Source of the DNA: Eledone cirrhosa
Taxonomy: Eukaryota
Length of the DNA stretch: 64,000 nucleotides
NCBI GenBank assembly: GCA_964016885.1
Contig: OZ024745.1
Span: 44,206,001 to 44,270,000, forward strand
Reading direction: 5' to 3'
This document shows, piece after piece, positions 1-12,010 of the stretch; the stretch's first letter is position 1, and each line of letters opens with the position of its first letter. The notes under the pieces were generated by a model. That model did no database searches and was not told where the DNA came from. It saw only the letters and a program-made list of their open reading frames with translations. The position numbers and the translations under genes were made by a program.

Positions 1-452
1 CAAGCCCGAGAAGCATCGATGAGTTAGAGTTATCACTTTATATATAAAGATAACTCTAAATTTCCCAAACACAAGGAACGTTGCCTGTCAGCTCCAATAT
101 AGTAGACCTATGGTCAAAGCTCTTCCAGCTTTTACTATTCTATCTTTAATTTTTTTCTCCAGATATTTAGAAAGGCAATATCTAATGTGTTGGGTCTTTA
201 AGATGATAGGGTCTAATTGCAGACAGATTTGGTTGTTATTTCTAGCAGGTAGAATGGTCACGTAGAATCACTTTTGTTACCTGTTAAAAAGAAACAAACA
301 AAACGAAACAAAAATAAACGATTAACATAGCGTTGTTGGACGGAGAATAAATAAACGATAACCATCTATCTCTTTATTTGATTCTGTGCAGTCTTGAATT
401 CAGTACTGCGTACTAACAAATAGACATCTTTTATTTAAAATACATTTATATT

Positions 453-617
453 ATAATTGTTTCTTATATAGGCACAATGCCAGCAATTTTGAGGGAGGGG
501 AAAGTCGATTTAATCGACCTCAGTGCGTGACTGGTACTTTATTTTATCGACCCCGTAAGGATGAAAGGCAAAGTTAACCTCGGCGGGATTTGAGCTCAGA
601 TCATAAAGGACCGTGAC
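453..617 (-). mobile_element. tRNA-derived SINE family A, 5'-truncated copy
   Basis: Reverse complement of the body TGAGYTCAAATCCCGCCGAGGTTAACTTTGCCTTTCATCCTTACGGGGTCGATAAAATAAAGTACCAG, which recurs about 10 times in the window. Confidence 0.85.
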
Positions 618-836
618 AAAAAAAGGGGAAAAACAAAATTAAGGAGAAATGGGGAGAAAAACAATCTCTGCACTCTTAGTTAGCTGCGAAAAAAAAAAAA
701 ACAGCCAGCAATACCCGCTGCATCAGCCATTCTAACTCGTGAATCTTCTAACTTAGGTGTGATGCTTTCGTTCCAATGTGGCGGAGGAAAACAGCAGTCC
801 GAGGACGAAAAACACAAGACGTCTCAATGGTTACTG

Positions 837-957
<121 letters not shown>

Positions 958-1270
958 AATAAAGCGGTCAGTCAATGCTTGGTACTTAGTTATCTTCCAC
1001 TCCTATGTGTGGTCATAGTACTCCTGCTGCCTCTAGTGACGATTTCGAGCTAACAATGGAGCCACTGACAAGTCCGTTGATCTGCTAGAAATACTGTCAA
1101 ATCTTCATCAAGTTACATCCCACCATCTTTAAAATATTATACTGGAAATATCACATTGAAGATCACAATAGAGAGTATAGTCCTAGATACACTGAGCCCA
1201 ATAAAATACAAACTGGTCTCGACTGGAACATTTTGTTATCACTTCTACTCAATCCGGTGTGACCAAAGCG

Positions 1271-1850
1271 CAACAACAACAGTGGCAGTTGCAACATCAA
1301 CAACATCAGTGGCAGTTGCAACAACGACAACAACAGCAGTTGCAACAACAACAACAACAGTGTCAGTTGCAACATCAACAACAACAGTGGCAGTTGCAAC
1401 ATCAACAACATCAGTGGCAGTTGCAACAACGACAACAACAGCAGTTGCAACAACAACAACAACAGTGTCAGTTGCAACATCAACAACAACAGTGGCAGTT
1501 GCAACATCAACAACATCAGTGGCAGTTGCAACAACGACAACAACAGCAGTTGCAACAACAACAACAACAGTGTCAGTTGCAACATCAACAACAACAGTGG
1601 CAGTTGCAACATCAACAACATCAGTGGCAGTTGCAACAACAATAACAACAACAAAAACAGCAGCAATTGCAACAACGACAACAACAGCAGCAGCAGTTGC
1701 AACAACCAACCAACCAACCAACCAACCAACCACCACCAACAACAATAACAACCAACAATATCAACCAACGACAATCAACAACAATAACCAACGATAACAA
1801 TAACAGCAGTTGCAACAACAATAACAACAACAACTACAACAGCAATAACA
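1271..1850. repeat. ACA-rich minisatellite with a 105-bp higher-order unit (about 3.4 copies), decaying into (AAC)n
   Basis: AGTGGCAGTTGCAACATCAACAACATCAGTGG recurs at 1281, 1386, 1491 and 1596. Confidence 0.9.
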
Positions 1851-2639
1851 GTAGAACATTATATCACTGGCTAAAATATCAGCTATTTGGTTATCCACGC
1901 TGGCCAGATTTTATAACTAGATACAATATATATCGATTTGGCAGCTTGAACCAAATTACATGATATTAGTGTTAGAGCTATCAATTATTTAAACGCATTT
2001 TCTTCCCTGACGTATTTACATGTAATTAAATTCCTCATTTACTTTTATAATGTCAATTTCTCAGTATATTTATCCTCATCCTCATCCTCAGCCTCATCCC
2101 CCATCCCTATCCTCAACCACCACCCCTTCCCTATCTTCCAGTTTACACACTTTTCATTTTACTCCAGAATCTATAACACTAAATATGGTATGCACCCGTA
2201 ACTCCCGAGGAGTCGTAAGGGCGTCATATTAACATACGGCGTTTCTAGGGCCTTTGTGTTTTGTTTTTAAACCTGGCGGAGCTCATCTCCTCTCCAGGCC
2301 TGAATACATTCGATTTCTTCCAGAGAAGGATAGAAAGAGTGAGAGAGAATGGAAGGGAGAAAGAGATATAGAGAAAGGAACGACCCCAGTACTTGACTGG
2401 TACTTTTTTTATCGACCAGGTTTTGTGATACAAAACTGCACGTTGTAAAATGTTCATATTTTTATGTAAGAATCCTTGTTAAGTTATCTTCCAAACATCA
2501 GCTTAATAATGAGAAAGTTAGTTATATTACTAAATCACTCCTAATTCTTAATTGTGTACAAAATAATTTCTAAATTATAATTTAATAGAATTACAGGCAA
2601 TAAATCAATTCTCAGTTGTATAAATAACGTTGCTAATAT

Positions 2640-2910
2640 TGATAGAAATATGGAAGAAAAAAAAAGAAAAAAGGATAAAAACGAAACCAAGCCATGAACA
2701 GAGAGGGGAGGGGGTAAAAAGCAGATCTGACTGTATAGGAAAGTAGGAGAAAGGGCTATAAATGAGAGGAAAAGGAAGGAAAAAAGCAAGGACTATGAGG
2801 CCACGGAAGAAAGGTCGTGGGAAGAGGAGAGGGTGATAGGCTCTATGCCTAGAGCAGGGCGGTGTTTGAGCTGCGCCCTGCGGACAAGGCTGCAAAAGCA
2901 TTTCCGATTC
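2640..2910 (-). mobile_element. 3' end of a CRE-clade non-LTR retrotransposon
   Basis: The minus strand reads GNAFAALSAGRSS, like the RGNVLSAGR end of the CRE fragment near 28870, followed by a pyrimidine-rich 3' UTR. It is homologous to 7498-7800. Confidence 0.55.
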
Positions 2911-3877
2911 AAAATGATTTGAAAATTATAAGCAGTCTTTTATTATGATAGAAATATGGTTACGGAACGGTTAATACAGTGTGTATTAAAAGGTTAATTA
3001 CAAATGATTATGCAATAATGAAATGACAAATATTTTTTCTCCTAAATATTCAATTCCACGTCTCACCGTGTTCAATATTGTCCATCTCAACCATCAAAAT
3101 CCAAAGTCTTGAAAAGCTGTAGGCGTTGAGAAAGGGATGTAAACCGTCTTTCTCCATCGTCCCTGCTCACCAGCCAACCTCCTGTTTTTCACCATCTTCA
3201 TGTTACTCTGACCCAGAGTTATTCTTATACCTTTTTCATTAGTTGTTTGTTCATGCAGAACTGCATTCACTTGAGGTATGTTATCATGGCGTCGTGTTAA
3301 AAGACGAAACCATTCCATTTCTAATAGTTTCACAAATGATAGAAGTGTTGCTCGGTTCGCAGTTTTCCCAATAAAAGACAGCTAAAATAACAGTTCCCAA
3401 TAAAGAACAGTTGAAATTACTATTACTATTTTTAAAAAGAAATATTAATCTTAGTCAAGTACTGAGTGGATATAATCGACACTCCCAACCCCATATTGCT
3501 AGCCTTGTGCTAAAATTAGAAGCAATTATTTACCAAAGTTGCTGTAGCTGCTACAATCCGACCTATAGCAATTCTTTCATGTAGATTCCAGTCGTCATTC
3601 AAACTGTGGACACCACACACGCGATCACCAAATATCAATTCAAGATCCGACTTGATTTCACCAATATACTGTTCTACAGCGTGTAACGACAGCTTACTGT
3701 ATGTGTGTGTCAGTACACACACACACACACATATATATAAGCAAAAGGGATATTCAATTTGTTGTTAATTCAACAAATATAAATGTTTATAACTGATTCA
3801 AAGCACTCGACAAGTTTTCTGGAGTATAATATTCAATGATATTAGATAAATGGAAACTATATTTATAAAACCATATT

Positions 3878-3938
3878 TATTCTATTATATATATTTCAAA
3901 GGTACCAAAACTTTGGTACGCTCTCATCAGATAAAATA
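3878..3938 (-). ncRNA. Minimal type I hammerhead ribozyme (family A, left arm)
   Basis: Minus strand: TATTTTAT-CTGATGA-GAGCGTACCAAAGTTTTGGTACCTTT-GAAA-TATATA-TA-ATAGAATA. Confidence 0.8.
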
Positions 3939-4057
3939 CAAAGTTTGTTTTATAAATATTGACATAACCAGTAAAAAATAACTTAACGGCTCAGGAAAAA
4001 CTTGAACCGTTAAGTTATTTTTTCCTGGTTATGTCAATATTTATAAAACAAACTTTG

Positions 4058-4118
4058 TATTTTATCTGATGAGTGCGTACCAAAGTTTTGGTACCTTTGA
4101 AATATATATAATAGAATA
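4058..4118 (+). ncRNA. Minimal type I hammerhead ribozyme (family A, right arm)
   Basis: Stem I TATTTTAT/ATAGAATA, CTGATGA at 4066-4072, stem II GTACCAAA/TTTGGTAC, GAAA at 4099-4102, palindromic stem III and an AUA site. Confidence 0.8.
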
Positions 4119-4157
4119 AATATGGTTTTATAAATATAGTTTCCATTTATTTAATAT

Positions 4158-4204
<47 letters not shown>

Positions 4205-4375
4205 CATGTTAATATAAATTAATATATTTAATAAACACAAATACCAACATATTCATGTTTGTATTGTAAATGACCAAGTTAGCTAGATTGAAATATACTA
4301 ATAATAATATTACAGTATGCCTGCCTTGATTTAAGATAATAAATCAACAAAAACAAATCGTATTGGCAATGGCCG

Positions 4376-4508
4376 TGGTGCTTGGACAAATTTAAATTTC
4401 AAAATCAAACCTGTTCCGTAGACAGGTTTAAACCTTAAAATCCAAATATGTTTCGAATCATGAAAAAGTGGAAGAAATACCGCATTTTGATCTCCTCAGC
4501 AAGCACTA
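4376..4508 (-). ncRNA. Type I hammerhead ribozyme with long stem III (family B)
   Basis: Reverse complement of 5454-5586. A second minus-strand copy at about 4926-5043 has a deletion in stem III. Confidence 0.8.
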
Positions 4509-5453
4509 TAAAAATTGGTATGTTCCACTTCAAAATAGTTAGAAAGACTGTTTAACGCACGAGGTAATTTCACGCGGTTATCCAGTGTCTAGCTAGTCTC
4601 ATACTCGTGCTGCTAGAAATAACAGCCGTTTGTATGGGGCTAAAATTCAGCTCAACGAAGGAGCAGTGATAAATCAATAATAATGAGTTCAAAACTCAGG
4701 TAGTCTTTTACAATGAAATAGCTCAAAGAAAGAGTATTTCTGAGCCGTGTAATACATGTTAATATAAATTAATATATTTGATAAACACAAATAACAACAT
4801 ATTCATGTTTGTATTGTAAATGACCAAGTTAGCTAGATTGAAATATACTAATAATAATATTACAGTATGCCTGTCTTGATTTAAGATAATAAATCAACAA
4901 AAACAAATCGTATTGGCAATGGCCGTGGTGCTTGGACAAATCAAACCTGTTCCGTAGACAGGTTTAAACCTTAAAATCCAAATATGTTTCGAATAATGAA
5001 AAAGTGGAAGAAATACCGCATTTTGATCTCCTCAGCAAGCACTTGCCAATACGATTTGTTTTTGTTGATTTATTATCTTAAATCAAGACAGGCATACTGT
5101 AATATTATTATTAGTATATTTCAATCTAGCTAACTTGGTCATTTACAATACAAACATGAATATGTTGTTATTTGTGTTTATCAAATATATTAATTTATAT
5201 TAACATGTATTACACGGCTCAGAAATACTCTTTCTTTGAGCTATTTCATTGTAAAAGACTACCTGAGTTTTGAACTCATTATTATTGATTTATCACTGCT
5301 CCTTCGTTGAGCTGAATTTTAGCCCCATACAAACGGCTGTTATTTCTAGCAGCACGAGTATGAGACTAGCTAGACACTGGATAACCGCGTGAAATTACCT
5401 CGTGCGTTAAACAGTCTTTCTAACTATTTTGAAGTGGAACATACCAATTTTTA

Positions 5454-5586
5454 TAGTGCTTGCTGAGGAGATCAAAATGCGGTATTTCTTCCACTTTTTC
5501 ATGATTCGAAACATATTTGGATTTTAAGGTTTAAACCTGTCTACGGAACAGGTTTGATTTTGAAATTTAAATTTGTCCAAGCACCA
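5454..5586 (+). ncRNA. Type I hammerhead ribozyme with about 29-bp stem III and GUC site (family B)
   Basis: Stem I GTGCTTG/CAAGCAC, CTGAGGA at 5463-5469, GAAA at 5508-5511, long stem III hairpin closed by the loop CTACGGA, and GTC at 5575-5577. Confidence 0.85.
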
Positions 5587-5837
5587 CGGCCATTGCCAAT
5601 ACGATTTGTTTTTGTTGATTTATTATCTTAAATCAAGGCAGGCATACTGTAATATTATTATTAGTATATTTCAATCTAGCTAACTTGGTCATTTACAATA
5701 CAAACATGAATATGTTGGTATTTGTGTTTATCAAATATATTAATTTATATTAACATGTATTACACGGCTCAGAAATACTCTTTCTTTGAGCTATTTCATT
5801 GTAAAAGACTACCTGAGGTTTGAACTCATTATTATTG

Positions 5838-5905
<68 letters not shown>

Positions 5906-6120
5906 GCGGAAAAGCAAACATTAAACAATCTTTTAAATAAATTAAAATACGATTTAAATATTCACCTGTTCAGAGAATTTCCAATGGAATATATATATAT
6001 ATTATATATATATATACATATATATATATACATATATATTTGTATGTTTATATGCATGTATGTATGTATGTATGTATGTATGTATGTATGTATGTATGTA
6101 TGTATGTATGTATGTATGTA

Positions 6121-7165
6121 TTGTGTCAGGTCACCAGTTGGTGCTACTGGTAACATGTATCCCAGTACAACCTGTCTCATGGTCGGGTCGTTGGCGACTA
6201 AACTGGCAACCCCACCAAGGTTTCTTGGTGAGGAGGGTGACTTTGGACATCCTGCAGGACTAAAAACAAAACCTGTCAAAGGGCAAAGGAGCTCTTAAGA
6301 GTCAATGGCCATCCAAAATCACCGGGAGAGATGACCCCTTAGCCTTTGTCAAGGCAGAATTCTAGGAGAAGGAAAACTCTGATATAACACCTGCAACCCT
6401 GATGGTATCCAATGATGTTGACTTGTTCTTCTTTTTGGTAAATATCATCTTGGTTAAGAGAGTGGGACTGGCTTTGTGCAGTGCCTTTGCTCACTATAAA
6501 AGCTTCACGGCACAGGCATTGCTTTATATCTGGAGATCTTTCTGCACTTGTCGTTACATGGTACCATGGGCCCAGCACTATGTGTCAATAATTGTCACAG
6601 GTGTAGTGTTTGTACCAGAGTTTTCAAGTCGCTGGCTGGACTAAAAAGTCATATTCGTTCAGCGCATCGGTAGGAGTTCTCCTACATGGATATAAAGTAT
6701 TGGCCGTTCTCGAAAACGAGTTGGCAGCCACCATGTATGTATGTATGTATGTATGTAGAGATGTAGAGAGATGACCCCTTAGCCTTTGTCAAGGCAAGGA
6801 AAACTCTGATATAACACCTGCAACCCTGATGGTATCCAATGATATTGACTTGTTCTTCTTTTGGGTAAATATCATCTTGGTTAAGAGAGTGGGACTGGCT
6901 TTGTGCAGTGCCTTTGCTCACTATAAAAGCTTCACGGCACAGGCATTGCTTTATATCTGGAGATCTCTCTGCACTTGTCGTCACATGGTATCATGGGCCC
7001 AGCACTATGTGTCAATAATTGTCACAAGTATAGTGTTTGTGCCAGAGTTTTCAAGTCGCTGGCTGGACTAAAAAGTCACACTCGTTCAACGCATCGGTAG
7101 GGGTTCTCCTACATGGATATAAAGTAGTGGCCGTACTCGAAAACGAGTTGGCAGCCACCATGTAT
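6121..7165 (+). mobile_element. Internally deleted non-autonomous RTE-like LINE with a partial tandem duplication
   Basis: RTE-type 5' UTR motif CTAGGAGAAGGAAAACTCTGA. 6602-6673 encodes CSVCTRVFKSLAGLKSHIRSAHR*, an RTE-type C-terminal C2H2-like motif. It ends in an (ATGT)n tail, and 6325-6735 is repeated at 6765-7160. Confidence 0.7.
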
Positions 7166-7354
7166 GTATGTACGTATGTATGTCTATATGTGTGTGCATG
7201 TATGTATGTGTGTGTAAATGGCTGACTAAACAGACACGAGATTTCACCACAAAAAAATTTTTTTTTTTTATTTCATACACTTCTTCCTCTCGTCTATCTT
7301 ATGTATACATAACTTTTATTATGTCAACTATATTTTTTCCAAAAAGAAGTTATA

Positions 7355-7493
7355 CAGCGAAATTCTGTTACAACGAAATTCACGGGGTATAAAAAAATTC
7401 GTTGTAACGAAAAATTCTTTATAACAAGATCGACCTTACACATTGAGTGTGTGGCCGGGGATTGAAAAATTCGTTATAACGGAATTTTACCTG
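7355..7493. mobile_element. Tc1/mariner (pogo/Tigger-like) MITE
   Basis: TA|CAGCGAAATTCTGTTACAACGAA ... TTCGTTATAACGGAATTTTACCTG|TA: imperfect TIRs with a TA TSD. Confidence 0.65.
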
Positions 7494-7497
7494 TACA

Positions 7498-7800
7498 ATG
7501 ATGGAAATATGAAAAAGAAAGATAAAAATATTAAGTAATGAAAAGAGTGCGGAAGGGGTAAAGAAGGGCAGATCTGGCTGTATAGGAAAGTAGGAGAAAG
7601 GACTATAAATACCATAAATGTGACGAAAAGGAGGGGAAAAGCAAGGACTTTTGGCCACAGAAGAAAGGGAAGAGGAAGGGGAGAGGGTGATGGGCTCTAT
7701 GAATGGGCGGTGTTTCGGCTGTGCCGCCCAAAGGGATTTCTGCGGACAATGGCCAGCGACACCCGAAACCGCTTGGCGCCGCGGACAGGATTTTACATAT
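7498..7800 (-). mobile_element. 3' end of a CRE-like element (homologous to 2640-2910)
   Basis: Shares GCAGATCTGRCTGTATAGGAAAGTAGGAGAAAGG and AAAAGCAAGGACT; the minus strand reads ILSAAPS. Confidence 0.5.
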
Positions 7801-7910
7801 CACTATACCCATTCTGCATCTCCCCATGCATTGAGTACTCCCATGATTAGTGGTCTCCCCGGCCTCAGCACCGCAGACTCTCTCTCTCCCTATCTCTCTT
7901 TATATATATA

Positions 7911-8451
7911 TGTGAATCCATACGTACATATATATATGTGTGTGCATGTATGTATATATATATACATACTACTGTACGTCTGTATACATATATGTATGTA
8001 CGTATACATACTTATATTTAAGTAACAGCCGTACTAAGAGTGAGAAATGAAATTTCGTTTCATTTTTTACGTTTATCGTTTTCGGTGCGCCCGGCCGATT
8101 AACTCACTCGATATGCAAATTAGGCTGCTCAGCCGTTAATATGCATAAGGAAAGTATATACTTTCAGACGTTCAATCATCGGGCAGGAAGGTATACGTTG
8201 CTGACGATAGCTAATAAGCTTGAAACTAGTACAGCGTTCCTTTGTCAGTGTTGAACAAATTAGCAACGATGGTTGCTAGACACTGTACGGCTTAATTCGG
8301 GATGTTTGTTTACAAACACACCGAGCATTATAATAAATGTTCTGTGAATCCATACGTACATATATATATATGTGTGCATGTATGTATATATATATATACA
8401 TACTACTGTACGCCTGTATACATATATGTATGTACGTATACATACTTATAT
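7911..8451 (+). mobile_element. Hammerhead family C: 432-bp period with a terminal direct repeat of about 107 bp
   Basis: 7911-8017 is repeated at 8343-8451 around a unique 325-bp core that contains the ribozyme. Confidence 0.7.
8186..8242 (+). ncRNA. Minimal type I hammerhead ribozyme (family C)
   Basis: ACGTTG-CTGACGA-TAGCTAATAAGCTT-GAAA-CTAG-TA-CAGCGT, with palindromic ACTAGT stem III. Stem I extends (GGA/TCC) beyond a bulge. Confidence 0.85.
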
Positions 8452-9242
8452 ATATATATACTTATATACATATATATATACTTATATACACACACACATA
8501 TATGTATATGGAATCATATTGTGCTGAGAATATAATCCACGAGGCATCAATAAAAATATTCAGTGGTTATCTTCTCCGCCACTGTGCCTCCACACACAGC
8601 AGCCATAAATCCTCGATATTTGAAAGGAATTCAGATACAGGCGAGAAAATAAACCGAATTCTCTGCAGTTACGATTTTTGACGAGACTTTGTATGGCTTT
8701 CCCAAAATATAAATTTTGTTTTTCATTGAAAAAATTATAGTCTCAGTGTAGAGATCGTTAGAGCTATAACATAAGTATTGGTTATTGATCGAATATGTGA
8801 GTCACGGTCATTGATCTAACTGAACATTATAAATAGCACAGATTACCAGAAATATATTTATGATTCATCTAATTAGATAAAAGTCTACTGCAGTTTAGAA
8901 CTAAAATAAGTGATTCCACTTGACAAGTAACACTATTCCGTAGCTACCATAAACAGGCGAAGCACTGATTAGAATGTATCAACAATACTAGAGCGGATTT
9001 TAATCATCATTGGATTTACATAAGAGCGTTGACAAGGCTCTCAAACTCAACGACTCAAAAGAGCCATTACGTCTCGGGGAAAAGGCACAGCGGGCCAAAA
9101 GTGAGATGGACGTGGGGCACATAATTTCCAATAATCATAATCAGACCTGTCAACTCTCCCCGTCCGACGACGGGGACACCTTCCACCCACTTTGGGGTGG
9201 GTGAGAGATGTCGTCTCTTGTGCAAATGGGGATAGCTTTCAT

Positions 9243-9430
9243 TAGTGGATTGGCAGTATCGGTAGAGGGTCGGACGCCATGCTTTCCAGCATAGTTACGT
9301 CCCTTTACGATCTGAGTTCAAATCCCGCCGAGGTTGACTTAGCCTTTCATCCTTATGGGGTCGATAAAATAAAGTACCAGTAATGCACTGGGTATTTGCT
9401 GGCCTTGTGTCAAAAAGTAGAAACAATTAT
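9243..9430 (+). mobile_element. tRNA-derived SINE family A
   Basis: Box A-like TGGCAGTATCGGTAG, box B-like GAGTTCAAATCC, conserved body and 3' end AAAGTAGAAACAATTAT. Confidence 0.9.
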
Positions 9431-9681
9431 GTAAAATCTCCCCATGTTGCCTCATTTCTCCTCGTTTGGGGGCACTTTTTTCATGGTACTCCCCGTTTGG
9501 GCTTTTAGAGCTTGGCAGGTCTGTTATAATGCCTTACAGTTGATAGGCTCCATTTACTTTTTGACGCGTTTTTGAGGTGTCTCCTAGTAAGATATAAAAA
9601 TCATTTCATTTGTAAATAACAATTATTATGCCAAATTCGTTAGAGAAATTTACACCTACGAGTATCTATTATAACTGGCTG

Positions 9682-9759
<78 letters not shown>

Positions 9760-9820
9760 CGCCCCAGGTGTGTGTCTTTACATATTCCAACCATAATTAT
9801 AGCAATTGGTCACTGTGGCA

Positions 9821-9879
<59 letters not shown>

Positions 9880-11634
9880 GAGGTTGTATTTAATTTGTTG
9901 GGATTCAACAAGCTTAAACATATATATATATAAATAAATATCTTTAAGTCGTTTGGAAGCCTCGACAATGCAAATGGGTAAATCTCCGGGTAACAAGATC
10001 CGGTGGTGGAGAGAGAGATGTAAGTGGGTGTACGTTGAGATGCGTGGTGTGTGTAAAGATGTGTAAATGTGTAGAAGAAAGAAGGGAAGAGTATAAAGGA
10101 TAAAATAAAAATAACAACACAAGAGAGAGTTACCTTGGGAGAGATTTAATAGTCCCTATATATTTCGGATTCACATCCATCAACTGGGGTTTTTTTTCGG
10201 GGTAAAGGTTGTCTGTCGGACAGGTGCGAAACGCGTCCTCCGCTGTTTGTTGTTTTGAATATCTAGCTAGCCAACTTACAACTTTTGTGGAAATCTAAAC
10301 AGATTTTATAAGCTCGGAGATAATTATCTTTATCGCCAAGAAAGCCTAAATCTCATTTCTCAAAACATAAAACAGCCGACCAATACTTTCTTGGTCATGA
10401 AAAAATTAACTGACCATAGATAAGGAAGTGTGTTATGACCCTCGATATCAGAGAAGCTTATAATAGAGTTGGTACAATTAAATCTACGCCAAAGGGAAAT
10501 ACAAGGAGATAAGCAGGAAACAGTTACAGTGGCTGCAAAGCAACCTTAGGGGAAAATTCGTGATAAAATCTCAGGAACTTTTACACTTGAACTACAAGAA
10601 ATTTCAGCCAAACCTCTTTATTAAAAAAAGGAAGGACATATTGCATAAATTAAATCATTTGAAAGGACAGGATGGTCACGGCTAGAATGCCTTTGACCAT
10701 AGGTTTGCTAGATAAGGTATAACCTGGAGAGAAAAAAGCGACAGCAATCCATAAAAGAATTTTCAAGTCCAAATTATGATCTGCCAGCCACTATTACATC
10801 AATCGTATAGGTTCCATTCTTTGTCCGCGCTTCTGTCTTCTATTTTCGCGTGAGCAGTGTTGAACAACATTGTTTGAATTTGGAAGATCATCGATCATCA
10901 AATGAAAAAACCCTTACAGTAGATGGAAGAGACATTGCAGCAGCCAACACAAACAGAAACTACATCGTGATGAAAGTTTTGATTATAGTCAATGTAGCCA
11001 ACGCCACTCGATGTTGTTGGTTTTCATTTCTTTTTCTTTTAATGAACACTTACTACTCCAAGCAATGGCGAAAACTAATAAATTAGAAACTTTGAAGTTG
11101 CCTCCCTTTTTTTCTCGGTTAAAGAAAACGTTAGTTAACTTCTGATATCTATTTCTTAATTACTGCATTTAAAACTACTCTGATTATTTATAATGATAAA
11201 AATACAGTGAAGCTTGCTTATTATAATTTATCTTATTATATATATTTTTATATTACTACAGTAATATAAAAGATATCTTCATCAACAGTAACAGAATTGC
11301 ACAGCGGTTTGAAACGCTACGGAAAATGGCCGGAGACCTCATTCCGGTGTCTGATTCATTGCATTGACGAGTGTGTGCAGTATGAAAACGATGCTTTTCC
11401 TAAAACAATGTCTTACATACTGAAGTAGCATGTCTTTTAGTTCTTTAGTTTGTTTTAACCATTACAGCAAAGGCCATTCTAGAGCACCCACCCCCTTTAA
11501 TTAACTGGTATGTTTCAATAGGCTAATGTCCATCTTGAAACAAATATAACTTAACAAATGTCAATTTAAATAACTTAAAACAACAAACTTACTGGAGCTC
11601 AGAATTACACGTCTTCACACGTTAGTCGCGAATC

Positions 11635-11635
<1 letters not shown>

Positions 11636-11720
<85 letters not shown>
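11636..11720. repeat. (AAT)n followed by (ATT)n, a self-complementary microsatellite
   Basis: Seen directly. Confidence 0.95.
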
Positions 11721-12010
11721 GGTAATAATAATGTTTGGATGTTACAAGAACAGCAAAATAAATTAAACATTGCTTAAAAATAAAGGAGATAAAGATATAG
11801 AGATAAAGATGATGTTACATAATTTCTATAAAAACATTATGAACTGGAGTACATAGAAAGTAAAATCACATACAGCTGTTGTTCGTGGTGTGGATAGAAA
11901 TGTATTTTATTATTGGTTTTGTTTGTGTTGATGCTTTCTGCTTGTTGATATAGATCTGTTTCATAATATTATTCTTTTGTTTATAGAGTTGTTATCATAG
12001 TAGTAATAAT

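Larger units (their letters stand above)
3834..4162. repeat. About 330-bp near-perfect palindrome (hammerhead family A), right end abutting (TA)n
   Basis: CAATGATATTAGATAAATGG at the left end mirrors CCATTTATTTAATATCATTG at the right end, with the centre near 3998. The arms differ at a few positions. Confidence 0.95.
4203..5841. mobile_element. Retrozyme/PLE-pLTR-like non-coding element family B: about 1.5 copies of a 550-bp unit joined head-to-head with about 1.45 inverted copies, (TA)n on both sides
   Basis: TACATGTTAATATAAATT at 4203 and 4753; inversion junction at about 5043; TTGCCAATACG at 5043 and 5593; no ORF of 60 aa or more. Confidence 0.85.

Noticed and set aside
1156-1797. Thr/Ala/Val-rich 213-aa ORF
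   Set aside because: It is explained by the 105-bp ACA-rich minisatellite; several frames on both strands are open.
6125-6210. HDV-like ribozyme at the RTE 5' end (CCAGT/ACTGG P2, TCG-TTGG-CGA P4, CTAA J4/2)
   Set aside because: I could not fit a canonical P3/L3 and a convincing P1 by hand. A covariance-model search would settle it.
9243-9330. SINE heads as tRNA genes
   Set aside because: Only A- and B-box-like motifs are present, no full cloverleaf, and they are followed by the SINE body.
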